This document shows, piece after piece, positions 53,109-62,484 of a DNA stretch of 64,000 bases. Location of the stretch: contig CAWDTA010000001.1 of NCBI GenBank assembly GCA_963805085.1, forward strand, positions 160,001-224,000. Direction: 5' to 3'. Position 1 is the first letter of the stretch; every line of letters starts with the position of its first letter. This DNA comes from an uncultured Veillonellaceae bacterium. Its GTDB lineage: Bacteria > Bacillota > Negativicutes > JARBTT01. Both the position numbers and the translations under genes were made by a program. The notes under the pieces were generated by a model. It was not told the origin of the DNA. It worked only from the letters and a program-made list of their open reading frames with translations, and did no database searches.

Positions 53109-53894
53109 ATGAGTTATCTTAATAATGTTGTCGGATACAGAAAAGATCTTTTGAGTAATCGATCAGTGATTAAGAAAGACAACTATGCATTGATTGAACC
53201 CGATGGTTTGGTCAAAAATGTTATACCTGGTTTCGAAAATTGTGATATCACAATTCTCGGGTCCCCTAAACTTGGTGCTAGTTTTGTCGATTATCTCGTT
53301 ACGATTTATGCGGGTGGTAAAAACGAACTTGGTTTCGGGGATGAGGGTGTTGAAACATTACTTTATCTAATAGAAGGAAACTTAGCTGTGAAAGCTGGCG
53401 AGGATTCTCATATTTTAGAAAAAGGCGGATTTATTTACTGCCCTCCTGGAACAAAACTTTATTTTCACAACGAAAGCGGCGAAGTAGCAAAAGCGTTTAT
53501 GTATAAACGTATGTACACACCTTTGGAAGGTCATAACCCTTATGTTGTTACAGGAAATACAGAAGCTATGGAATGGACAATTTACGAAGGCATGGAAGAT
53601 GTATTGGTGAAAGACTTTTTGCCCAAGGATCTGGCGTTTGATTGTAATTTTCATATCCTTAGCTTCAAACCCGGTGCTTCCCATGGCTATGTTGAGACTC
53701 ATTTTCAGGAACATGGGGCTTATTGCCTGAGTGGACAAGGTATGTACAATTTGGATAACGACTGGATTCCTGTTAAAAAGGGCGACTATATTTTTATGGG
53801 TGCCTATTGCCTACAGGCCTGTTACGCCGTGGGCCGCGATGAATCTTTTAACTATGTCTATTCAAAAGATTGTAACCGTGATGTAACACTTTAA
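53109..53894 (+). CDS. allE: (S)-ureidoglycine aminohydrolase (bicupin, YlbA)
   Basis: GLVKNVIPGFENC.ITIL.SPKLGASFVDY, HILSF.PGASHGYVETH.QEHG, YSKDCNRD. Confidence 0.93.
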   Translation: MSYLNNVVGYRKDLLSNRSVIKKDNYALIEPDGLVKNVIPGFENCDITILGSPKLGASFVDYLVTIYAGGKNELGFGDEGVETLLYLIEGNLAVKAGEDSHILEKGGFIYCPPGTKLYFHNESGEVAKAFMYKRMYTPLEGHNPYVVTGNTEAMEWTIYEGMEDVLVKDFLPKDLAFDCNFHILSFKPGASHGYVETHFQEHGAYCLSGQGMYNLDNDWIPVKKGDYIFMGAYCLQACYAVGRDESFNYVYSKDCNRDVTL

Positions 53895-53938
53895 ATTTAG
53901 AACGAAGTAGGGAAACCAAGAGAAAGAGGAGAATTGAA

Positions 53939-54877
53939 ATGGACAAACAAGTAGTTATTGCTTTAGGAGGCAATGCACTGGGCAATACTCCTGATGAACA
54001 AAAAGAAGCGGTGCTGGCTGCTGGTAAGCACATTGTGAGCCTCGTTAAAGAAGGCTATAAAATTGTTATTGTCCATGGTAACGGACCGCAAGTCGGCATG
54101 ATTAATCTGGCATTTGAGCTTGCATATAAGCAAAATTCAAAAGTTTCCGCGATGCCGTTTGCCGAATGCGCAGCGATGAGTCAAGGGTATATTGGATTTC
54201 ACTTGCAGAATGCTTTGCAAAATATGTTCATCGAGCAAGGTATGACGACCCATGTATCCACTGCAATTACGCAGGTCATTGTCGATCCGCATGATCCAGC
54301 TTTCCAGCACCCAACTAAACCAGTTGGACTATTCTACTCGGAGGAGGTAGCCAAAGAAATTGAAGAAGAGAGAGGCTACACCTTTGTTGAAGATTCCGGA
54401 AGAGGTTTTAGGCGTGTTGTTCCATCACCAGAACCAGTTGATATCAAGGAAAAGGGAACAATTCGTTGTCTAATGGAAAATGGAGATCTCGTGATTGCCT
54501 GTGGTGGCGGTGGTATTCCTGTATACCAAGAAAATGGTATGCTTCACAGTGTGGATGCCGTAATCGACAAAGATAAAGCAGCAGCGAAACTAGCAGATGT
54601 TATCAGTGCCGATACATTTATTATTTTGACAGCGGTACCTCGTGTGGCCATAAATTTTGGTAAACCTAATCAAAAATGGCTTGCGCGTATTACTGTTGAC
54701 GAAGCTAAAAAATATATTGAAGAAGGACACTTTGCCCCAGGGTCTATGTTGCCTAAAATTGAGGCGGCAATTAAGTTTGTTAAATCTGGAAAAGGTAGAG
54801 AAGCCATTATTACATCTTTGGAGAATGCATACAAAGCGGTCACTGAAGAGAATGGTACAATTATCTGTTCTGAGTGA
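53939..54877 (+). CDS. arcC: Carbamate kinase
   Basis: VIALGGNAL, HGNGPQVG, PTKPVG, RRVVPSP.P, CGGGGIPV, AVIDKD, GSMLPKI. Confidence 0.95.
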   Translation: MDKQVVIALGGNALGNTPDEQKEAVLAAGKHIVSLVKEGYKIVIVHGNGPQVGMINLAFELAYKQNSKVSAMPFAECAAMSQGYIGFHLQNALQNMFIEQGMTTHVSTAITQVIVDPHDPAFQHPTKPVGLFYSEEVAKEIEEERGYTFVEDSGRGFRRVVPSPEPVDIKEKGTIRCLMENGDLVIACGGGGIPVYQENGMLHSVDAVIDKDKAAAKLADVISADTFIILTAVPRVAINFGKPNQKWLARITVDEAKKYIEEGHFAPGSMLPKIEAAIKFVKSGKGREAIITSLENAYKAVTEENGTIICSE

Positions 54878-54930
54878 ACCATAGGTGCAAGTAGTCTCGA
54901 TCATTTTTAAAAAACGTTTTAGGAAGTGCA

Positions 54931-54954
54931 AACCACCCGTGGAAACGGGTGGTT
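54931..54954. repeat. 10-bp perfect hairpin
   Basis: AACCACCCGT-GGAA-ACGGGTGGTT. Confidence 0.7.
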
Positions 54955-55086
54955 ATAATGCAATATAGAGGTTATTGTACTTTACTAAGGAATATCTATA
55001 ATAATTGCTTAATTTCAATAGATGAATTGTTATAAAATTTATAGCATAAGAATAGAGTCGATAGGCAGTTGGAAGGAATATGATAC

Positions 55087-56316
55087 ATGTATAAAGAGCT
55101 TAGCGCTACATTACGCACCATTATGACACCGGGACCTGTTGAGGTGGAACCACGTGTGCTTAGAGCCATGTGTACTCCTATATTAGGACAATTTGATCCG
55201 GAATTTACCAATATCATGAATCAAACGATGGAAATGTTAAGAGAAGTTTTTCAGACGAAAAACAAGTGGGCTTTTCCAATAGATGCCACTTCTCGAGGCG
55301 GGATTGAAGCTGTTCTTGCTAGTCTAGTAGAAACTGGGGATGTAGTTTTTGTTCCTATCTATGGCCGCTTTGGGCATCTATTAGTGGAAATAGCACAAAG
55401 ATATGGCGCAGATGTTGTAACGATGGAAACTACATGGGGACAAGTGTTTTCACCTGAAAAAGTGATTGAAGAAATTAAAAAAGTAAAACCTAAGATTGTT
55501 GCTATGGTGCATGGTGAAACATCAACAGGCTGTATGCAGCCGTTAGGGGAGATCGGTGCAGCTTGCCGTGAGTTAGATATATTGTTTGTAGTTGATGCCG
55601 TTGCTAGTTTGGGCGGAGCTGCAGTAAAAGTGGATGAATGGAAAATTGATGCGGCTATTGGTGGTACACAAAAATGTTTATCAGTACCTTCAGGTATGGC
55701 ACCAATCACCTTTAATGATAGAGTCGAAGCGATATTGTTAGAGCGCAAAAAAGTTGAACAAGGATTGGTCGATTCTAGTACAGGTGATAGTGTTCAAACC
55801 CGTTTAATTCGTAGCAACTATTTTGATCTCAGTCAATTGATGGATTATTGGAGTCCTGTACGTTTAAATCATCATACGGAAGCTACTTCTATGATCTATG
55901 CTCTGCGTGAGGGCTTAAGAATTGTATTAGAAGAAGGGCTTGAAAGCAGATTTGCTCGGCATGCACTCCATGAAAAAGCGCTTATAGCAGGAATTCTGGC
56001 GATGGGACTTAATTTGTACGGTGACGAGGAACATAAGTTACCAGTGGTTACAGCCGTTGAAATACCAGCTGGAATAGATGGAGAATCTGTTCGGACGATG
56101 TTATTACAGGATTTTGAAATTGAAATTGCCAGTTCCTTTGGTCCTTTAAAAGGGAAAATATGGCGCATTGGTACTATGGGATATAGCTGTAGAAAGAAAA
56201 ATATTCTACATGTTCTGGGAGCACTAGAAGCTGCTTTGTTAAGACATAAGGCAAACATCCATGTAGGTTGTGCTGTTCAGGCCGCTCTTGATGTCTACCA
56301 AGCTGCGCAGAACTAA
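55087..56316 (+). CDS. pucG: (S)-ureidoglycine-glyoxylate aminotransferase (class V PLP)
   Basis: RTIMTPGPVEV.PRVLRAM..PILGQFDPEF, VHGETSTG, GGTQKCLSVPSG, RLNHHTEATS, closely B. subtilis PucG-like. Confidence 0.88.
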   Translation: MYKELSATLRTIMTPGPVEVEPRVLRAMCTPILGQFDPEFTNIMNQTMEMLREVFQTKNKWAFPIDATSRGGIEAVLASLVETGDVVFVPIYGRFGHLLVEIAQRYGADVVTMETTWGQVFSPEKVIEEIKKVKPKIVAMVHGETSTGCMQPLGEIGAACRELDILFVVDAVASLGGAAVKVDEWKIDAAIGGTQKCLSVPSGMAPITFNDRVEAILLERKKVEQGLVDSSTGDSVQTRLIRSNYFDLSQLMDYWSPVRLNHHTEATSMIYALREGLRIVLEEGLESRFARHALHEKALIAGILAMGLNLYGDEEHKLPVVTAVEIPAGIDGESVRTMLLQDFEIEIASSFGPLKGKIWRIGTMGYSCRKKNILHVLGALEAALLRHKANIHVGCAVQAALDVYQAAQN

Positions 56317-56384
56317 AATAGAGAGAATATAAGTGTTCATTATACAGTTATGATTGCTACAAATTTTGAGTAGGAGGAATTGAC

Positions 56385-57662
56385 GTGAACGCACAATCTA
56401 ATTCACCGAAAAAGCATTTTCGTTGGAGAGTAAGATATTCTGTTTTAAGTATATTGTGGGCAGGCTGGCTATTCTCTTTTCTAGATAGAATGGTGGTTAG
56501 TGTTGCTTTACCATTTATTGGAGAAGAGTATCAATTAGATGCAGCCTCTCAGGGAATTATTTTAAGTGCTTTTTTTGCAGGATATGCCCTATTTCAAATA
56601 CCAGGCGGGATGTTGGCTGACAAATTTGGCCCTAAAAGGGTCATGGCGTTTGCCATTGCTTGGTGGTCGGTGTTTACCTGTCTTACAGGTATGGTTTTTT
56701 CTTATCCCATTCTCTTGATCTGTAGATTTGTGTTTGGTGTGGGAGAAGGATGTTTTCCCGGTTCATCTTGGAAAACCATTGCCACATATTTTCCTTCGAG
56801 GGAAAGGGCAACAGCAACGGCAATTCAAGCTTCTGTCAATACATTAGGACCAGCGATTGCATCTTTAGTAGCGGCCGGCATCATTGCGACGTTTGGCTGG
56901 CGAACAGTGTTTATTGGCTTGGGTATTCCAGGTGTTTTGATTAGTCTGATTATCTATCTGTATATCAAAGACGATCCTCATCAACACCCTCGTATAACAG
57001 CGGAAGAATTAAGTGAATTAGATAGTGGTGCTATTGATACTTCTGCAAAACCAAGAGAAAGCATACAGTTTAAACAATTTTTGAAAATGCGAATCCTATG
57101 GCAAATGGTTATCATCTGGTTTTTATTTGATATTACATTTTGGGGATTTGTTTCTTGGTTACCTTCCTATCTAATGAAAATTCGGGGGTTTTCTGTTATT
57201 AAAACTGGTATTCTTGGTTCGCTGCCTTTTTTTGTGGGAACAATCGGTATGTTGATTGGCGGATATTTATCCGATCGTTTTAAAGGTTATCGAAAGTGGT
57301 TGTTTATTCCCAATACGCTAATTGCAGCAGGATTTTTGTATCTGACTTATAGTGTAACTTCCGCAGATTGGGCCGTAGTGTTTCAGTGTGTTTCCTCGTT
57401 ATTTATGTTTTTAGCTTTTGCAGCTTTCTGGGGGTTGGTTATCGATGCTATTCCGCCAGAAATTATGGGAGCTAGTTCAGGTACTGTCAATTTTGGCGGA
57501 CAAGTAGCCGGGTTTGTTTCACCATTTGTAATGGGATACCTTATTGATACAAATCAGGGATCCTTTGATATGGCGTTTATGTTTTTAATTGTAGCGGCGA
57601 TAGGCTCAGCTTTAGTTGCTTTGACTGTGAATAATAAAACATTAGAGGAGCAACATTCATAA
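56385..57662 (+). CDS. MFS transporter, anion:cation symporter-like
   Basis: SFLDR, QIPGGMLADKFG, RFVFGVGEG, FP..ERATA. GTG start with AGGAGG RBS. Confidence 0.9.
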   Translation: MNAQSNSPKKHFRWRVRYSVLSILWAGWLFSFLDRMVVSVALPFIGEEYQLDAASQGIILSAFFAGYALFQIPGGMLADKFGPKRVMAFAIAWWSVFTCLTGMVFSYPILLICRFVFGVGEGCFPGSSWKTIATYFPSRERATATAIQASVNTLGPAIASLVAAGIIATFGWRTVFIGLGIPGVLISLIIYLYIKDDPHQHPRITAEELSELDSGAIDTSAKPRESIQFKQFLKMRILWQMVIIWFLFDITFWGFVSWLPSYLMKIRGFSVIKTGILGSLPFFVGTIGMLIGGYLSDRFKGYRKWLFIPNTLIAAGFLYLTYSVTSADWAVVFQCVSSLFMFLAFAAFWGLVIDAIPPEIMGASSGTVNFGGQVAGFVSPFVMGYLIDTNQGSFDMAFMFLIVAAIGSALVALTVNNKTLEEQHS

Positions 57663-57708
57663 AAAGATCTGTAGATTAGAAAATTTTCTGATCTACAGAT
57701 CTTTTTAT
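57659..57708 (+). terminator. Long-stem terminator
   Basis: ATAAAAAGATCTGTAGATTAGAAA / TTTCTGATCTACAGATCTTTTTAT. Confidence 0.8.
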
Positions 57709-57790
57709 TATAGTGGTAAGTTGGAAATACGAGCATGATTCAATAAACCATTTTACCGATGTCGACATAAGATAAACAGGGGTGAATGAT

Positions 57791-57973
57791 ATGCAACCTG
57801 TATTTAGTACAAATGGCAAACAAGTTGCTTGGTTTAGCGGCGGTTACGTGTATGATACTAATGGTAATGCAATCGCGTATACGAGTAACAATGGAATATA
57901 TTCATTAAAATCAGCTGAGTATATAGGTCAAATGGAAAATGGCGAGGCATTTATTTGGCGAACAGATAATTAA
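57791..57973 (+). CDS. Small beta-repeat protein or fragment (4-fold beta-flower-like)
   Basis: Repeats VFSTNGKQVAW / VYDTNGNAIAY / IYSLKSAEYIGQ. GGGGTGA RBS. Its last codons belong to the direct repeat. Confidence 0.5.
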   Translation: MQPVFSTNGKQVAWFSGGYVYDTNGNAIAYTSNNGIYSLKSAEYIGQMENGEAFIWRTDN

Positions 57974-57998
57974 GCATCCGTAATGGGTGCTTTTTATT
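57950..57998 (+). repeat. Imperfect direct repeat, right copy
   Basis: TTTATTTGGCGAACAGATAATTAAGCATCCGTAATGGGTGCTTTTTATT. 5 mismatches over 46 bp against the left copy. Confidence 0.85.
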
Positions 57999-58182
57999 AT
58001 ACATATATTAAAGGTGCTTTAGTTCTTTTTAGCGAAGTTGATAATATAGTAGTAGAGTGATTTAAATAGATATTTCATTATTAAGTCTTTATAATTTAAT
58101 TATTTTCGATTGATTGTTATAATATGTAAGAATTAAGGGAAAAATATTTTGTAAATAATGAATATTTTTTAGGAGGATTTTT

Positions 58183-58416
58183 ATGCTACAAGATATTACT
58201 TGTATTAAAGAAGTAGAAGAAATGTGTAAAGAAGCATGGTCGCCATGTGATATTGCTGAGGGCGAGTATTGGTTAGAAATAACTTGGAAGCATCAAGGTT
58301 GTGAAAATAAATTTATGATCATTTACGGCAAAGACAATATCGAAGTTGTAAATAAAATGTTAGGTTATCATCATGATCAAGATCATATGAACCAAGGTAA
58401 ACAACAAACCGCTTAG
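58183..58416 (+). CDS. Hypothetical protein (77 aa)
   Basis: Strong AGGAGG RBS and a terminator hairpin (AAACCGC/GCGGTTTT) overlapping the stop codon. Confidence 0.65.
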   Translation: MLQDITCIKEVEEMCKEAWSPCDIAEGEYWLEITWKHQGCENKFMIIYGKDNIEVVNKMLGYHHDQDHMNQGKQQTA

Positions 58417-58636
58417 CAATTGCAGAGCGGTTTTTCTTTCTATATAATTAGTGCTAAAAAATCATTAATACTAACTAGCCAAGGCTTGTGTGTGATAGTA
58501 GCAACAATCAACAACCATCAATTTTATTTAGTATCAAGAAAAATTTTATTATAATTATGTAGATTTTTGTAATAATAGGGATGCTGTCTTGGAAGCATAA
58601 TAAATAAGATTATTTGTTATGCTTGGAGATGGGAGC

Positions 58637-60160
58637 TTGCAATCGAAAAAATACGTTTGGTGTATGTTATTGATTACAATTTCAACGATTTTTATCAATC
58701 TTGGAAGTATTCCACTATTGGATCCTGATGAACCAGTGTATGGGGAGACCCCCAAAGAAATGATTCAAATGCATGATTTTATTTCTCCAAGAATATTTGG
58801 TGAAGTTTGGTATGATAAGCCGCCGATATATTACTGGCTAGTTGTTGTGGCCTTTAAATTGTTTGGAGTCAATGAGTTTAGCGCACGATTTCCTTCAGCG
58901 GTACTTGCGGTGTTTTGTGTGTTCATTGTATATAAATCAACAGCAAAATTATTTAATCAAAGAGCAGGAATTATCAGCGGTTTAGTTCTGGCGACAAGTT
59001 TCGAATATTTTTATTTAGCAAAGGCTGCTGTGACAGATATTACTTTAACATTGTTTCTTACAGCATCCTTGCTTTGCTTTTTGCAACGAAAGTATTATCT
59101 GTTTTATCTGTTTTCTGCGCTTGCTACGTTAACAAAGGGACCAATCGGTTTATTATTTCCAGGTGTAATATTGTTTATTTGGATGGCTTTTAACCGTCGG
59201 TTTAGTCAGTTGAAGCAAATGAAAGTTGTTCAAGGAATTTTTATTTGGGCAGTTGTAGCACTTCCATGGTATGGGGCGATGTATTATATTCATGGTGCTG
59301 ATTTTGTTAATGGCTTTCTTGAGGTTAATAATATTATAAGATTCACAACGGCGGAGCATGCGAAAACTTCAAGTTGGTATTTCTTTATACCTGTTCTTAT
59401 TCTTGGCTTCTTTCCGTGGGCGACACTTTTATTTCAGGTCATTAAGAGTGCTCTTAATGAAAAGGGAAAAGATGTTTATCCGAAATTGCTTTTTTTTTAT
59501 ATTTGGGCATTGTTTATCTTTGTGTTTTTTTCTATTTCTAGTACAAAATTGGTTAGCTATATTTTGCCAGCCTATCCTCCGTTAGCAATCCTTGTTGGAT
59601 GGTATTTGGATTCTCACTGGGAAATTTATCAGCTGGCTAGGCAGGGAATGATTTGGCCCATTTTATTGACAATTCTATTAGGGGTATTGGTAGGTAGTCT
59701 AATTTTATTAGTGACAATGATGCCTGCAGTAAAATTTGGGGCAATTTTATTATCCATAGTTTTCTTTGTATTGCTTGTATGGGTATGGTGTTTTCTTTAT
59801 AAAAAAGCAATGTCATGGGTTGTTTGGGGACAAGCTGGGGCTATGGCTATTACCTCAATTATATTATTTAATGTGATTGTACCTACTATTGTTGATGAGC
59901 TTAATACAAAAGGAATTGCACGAGAATTTGTGTTGCATTATGATGGTACATCTCCTGTCTATGTAATAAAATTTTTACATCCAGGATTTGCTTTCTATAC
60001 CGATATTTATGGTAAAGAAATACGCAAGGTTATTTTTGGGGAAGAACGAGCTTATATGGTTATAAGGCAGTCTGAATACCAAGTGTTAAGCAATAAAGAG
60101 AAAGCCTGCTTAAAGGTTTTGTCACATTTAAATAATAAACTATTATTGCTAAAAGAGTAG
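58637..60160 (+). CDS. ArnT/PMT-like (GT39/GT83) membrane glycosyltransferase
   Basis: LLDPDEPVY, DKPP.YYW, EFSARFPSA, LTKGPIG, ALPWY, STKL.SYILP.YP.LA. Multi-TM. Confidence 0.9.
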   Translation: MQSKKYVWCMLLITISTIFINLGSIPLLDPDEPVYGETPKEMIQMHDFISPRIFGEVWYDKPPIYYWLVVVAFKLFGVNEFSARFPSAVLAVFCVFIVYKSTAKLFNQRAGIISGLVLATSFEYFYLAKAAVTDITLTLFLTASLLCFLQRKYYLFYLFSALATLTKGPIGLLFPGVILFIWMAFNRRFSQLKQMKVVQGIFIWAVVALPWYGAMYYIHGADFVNGFLEVNNIIRFTTAEHAKTSSWYFFIPVLILGFFPWATLLFQVIKSALNEKGKDVYPKLLFFYIWALFIFVFFSISSTKLVSYILPAYPPLAILVGWYLDSHWEIYQLARQGMIWPILLTILLGVLVGSLILLVTMMPAVKFGAILLSIVFFVLLVWVWCFLYKKAMSWVVWGQAGAMAITSIILFNVIVPTIVDELNTKGIAREFVLHYDGTSPVYVIKFLHPGFAFYTDIYGKEIRKVIFGEERAYMVIRQSEYQVLSNKEKACLKVLSHLNNKLLLLKE

Positions 60161-60303
60161 TAGTGTAAAAATTTTCATATGGCAGTATTTTTACAGTAAA
60201 AAAGGATTTTGTAACTTTATTAAGAATATAACAACGTTGATAAATAAAAATGCAGTTGTGATATTGGTTTATATCATAATAGGCAAAGGAGTGCATGTAA
60301 CAG

Positions 60304-61401
60304 ATGAATAGGATGTTTTCTTACAGAAAAATGCTTGCGGGAGTAGGTGTAATGACGTGTTGTTTCTCGTTAACGTTAGGAACAATGCTTACACCAAAGG
60401 CTGAGGCTTATAATATAGCAGGAGTTCTTGTTAGTAGTGCTGTTCAATATCAGTATTTTAATAAGCAATTAAATCATTATGATAATGATGGCAGACACGA
60501 ATATTTTTCTCAAATTGAACAAAAAGAAGGGGTAAATGATGACCCTACATTGAATGAAATATTAGGTAATGTGGTAACCAGACTTTCTTCCTCGATTGCA
60601 CAAACGGACGCATCGATTACGGAAAAACCATATAATTATTTCGTTAACAATGAAACCAGCTTTAATGCTTTTTGTACACTTGGACATAATCTTAGTGTCA
60701 ATACAGGGCTATTTACACTTTTGAATAATAATGAAGATGAAATTGCGGTTGTTGTTGGTCATGAAATGGGACATGGACAAAAGGGACATCCAATTAAAAG
60801 TTACCAAAAATCAGTTCCATTAGAGTTATTAACTAAGCTTTATAAGGCTCAAAATGAAGATGGTGCTTCACAAATGATGACAAATGTGATCGGTAACTAT
60901 GCTACGGCAAATGGTATTACCAAACCGCAAGAATGGGAAGCGGATAATTTAGCCTTTGACTATAGTACTGGAGCTGGCTATAATCCTGGTGCTGGTGCAG
61001 CTACTTGGCAAAAAGTAATTGAGAAAATGGGCGAATCTTCAAGTAATTTTGTTGGTGAAATATTCTCGCCATCCGATCATCCAACCAGTCAAGCGCGTCG
61101 TGATAATTATGCAAAAAAATTATCTGCCTACAGTAACAATAATGTTTCCGTGGATAATGGAACGATTAAAGTAAAAAATAATACATTCCTTAAGACTACA
61201 GCAACTGATTCCATGAGTGGGATGGAAAGAAGCTATCTAGTTGCTGGTAATTTAGCAGCAGTTTATCATAATAACACGACGATTCCACAAGCTTATGCTG
61301 AGGGGGGCGTCGTAAAAATGGGTGGACAGGATATTCTTGCACCTAATGCCGATGAACCTAGTGCTGGTGAATTGGTAAATATCCTTAACAAAATAAAATA
61401 A
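60304..61401 (+). CDS. Secreted M48-family metallopeptidase
   Basis: Signal peptide (AEA), FNAFC, DEIAVVVGHEMGH, QEWEAD, SDHP...R. Confidence 0.88.
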   Translation: MNRMFSYRKMLAGVGVMTCCFSLTLGTMLTPKAEAYNIAGVLVSSAVQYQYFNKQLNHYDNDGRHEYFSQIEQKEGVNDDPTLNEILGNVVTRLSSSIAQTDASITEKPYNYFVNNETSFNAFCTLGHNLSVNTGLFTLLNNNEDEIAVVVGHEMGHGQKGHPIKSYQKSVPLELLTKLYKAQNEDGASQMMTNVIGNYATANGITKPQEWEADNLAFDYSTGAGYNPGAGAATWQKVIEKMGESSSNFVGEIFSPSDHPTSQARRDNYAKKLSAYSNNNVSVDNGTIKVKNNTFLKTTATDSMSGMERSYLVAGNLAAVYHNNTTIPQAYAEGGVVKMGGQDILAPNADEPSAGELVNILNKIK

Positions 61402-61447
61402 GTTACATAAAAAGCTCGGTAACCTATCAGACGGTCGCCGGGCTTTT

Positions 61448-62419
61448 TTACTGGATAGAATTAAAAGTAGCTTCAGTGGGCGTACATATTGGTAGCTGAT
61501 TGCGTTGGTGTCTAAATTCAGAGAGTGCTTTATAAATGATGATTCTGGCTTTATTGATGTTTCCAATAGCACGGTGTTCATATAAACTATTTGCCGGTGA
61601 AAAGGAGATTGATTCAGCAAGTTGAGAACGCTGATGCGTTTGGAGAATTTGTGGAGGAATATTAATTTCAGCTACTTTTACAAAAGGAGAGTCTTTTTCC
61701 AGCCATTCCATACTTACATCGTCAATTGGCATTTTGTTTTCATCTTTTTGAAATTGAATGCAAAAATCAAAGTTTGCTTCCTGCATCAATAGATGTCTCT
61801 GCATATTTGCAGTTAGATAAGAGTCAGTTAATGTTTTCGGAAGTTTACTTTTATAACTTGAATTTGGAATTACGGCATATTTCACAATATCACTTCCAAA
61901 CATATATGGTGTTACACTCCAATATCTGATATCAAGTGGACTTGTATCGTGGTTCATCATTTTATAAATTTTGATAAATTTATTTATTTTCCCTTGAAAT
62001 AGAATTTTGATGAATAGAAAAATTGGGTTCTTCAAGCCATAATAAATTGTTTCATAAAATTCTTCTAGTGTTCCTAGGGGAACTTTAGGAGCACTGGTTA
62101 ATATGAAGTCTTGAGGGAAGCTACTATTCTGAGCGTCGATGAGTTTTATGGAAAAGCCACGGAAATCTTTTAATGTATCACTAGAAAATTTAGGATTCGA
62201 ATTTGAAAATCGTATAAATGCCGGATAGGTCTTTGAATTTTCAAATAAACCGATCCTAAGGTTATTAGGAAAATCAGGGCGTATAGTAAAATAGGCTTTT
62301 AATAATCCTAAACTTTTAGAATGGGCGGCTCTTTTTAAATATTGAGATTTTTGACCTTTTTCCATCATTTTTTTCAATATGGTTAGCATGCTTTGGATCA
62401 TTTCATCGTCTGTTTTCAA
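61448..62419 (-). CDS. Small catalase-related heme protein
   Basis: RAAHSK (distal His), IRFSN, D.RGFSIKL, QDF, YWS.TPY.FG, GNINKAR..IY (proximal Tyr). TTG start with AAGGAG RBS. Confidence 0.8.
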   Translation of the reverse strand: MKTDDEMIQSMLTILKKMMEKGQKSQYLKRAAHSKSLGLLKAYFTIRPDFPNNLRIGLFENSKTYPAFIRFSNSNPKFSSDTLKDFRGFSIKLIDAQNSSFPQDFILTSAPKVPLGTLEEFYETIYYGLKNPIFLFIKILFQGKINKFIKIYKMMNHDTSPLDIRYWSVTPYMFGSDIVKYAVIPNSSYKSKLPKTLTDSYLTANMQRHLLMQEANFDFCIQFQKDENKMPIDDVSMEWLEKDSPFVKVAEINIPPQILQTHQRSQLAESISFSPANSLYEHRAIGNINKARIIIYKALSEFRHQRNQLPICTPTEATFNSIQ

Positions 62420-62484
62420 ATTGAATTCTTTCTCCTTTTTGGGGGTATTAAATAAAAATGAATTAGTATAGCGCAGTAAATGTT

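Larger units (their letters stand above)
40570..57998. mobile_element. Putative 17.4-kb catabolic cassette bounded by direct repeats (no recombinase seen)
   Basis: The repeats bracket the allantoate cluster, which lies downstream of guaA and beside a TA-like locus. Confidence 0.45.

Noticed and set aside
35142-57778. 12-mer ATAAGATAAACA at the guaA stop (35142-35153) and near the island's right end (57767-57778) as att sites
   Set aside because: Short and AT-rich, so a chance match is plausible. The guaA coding 3' end is not duplicated and there is no integrase.
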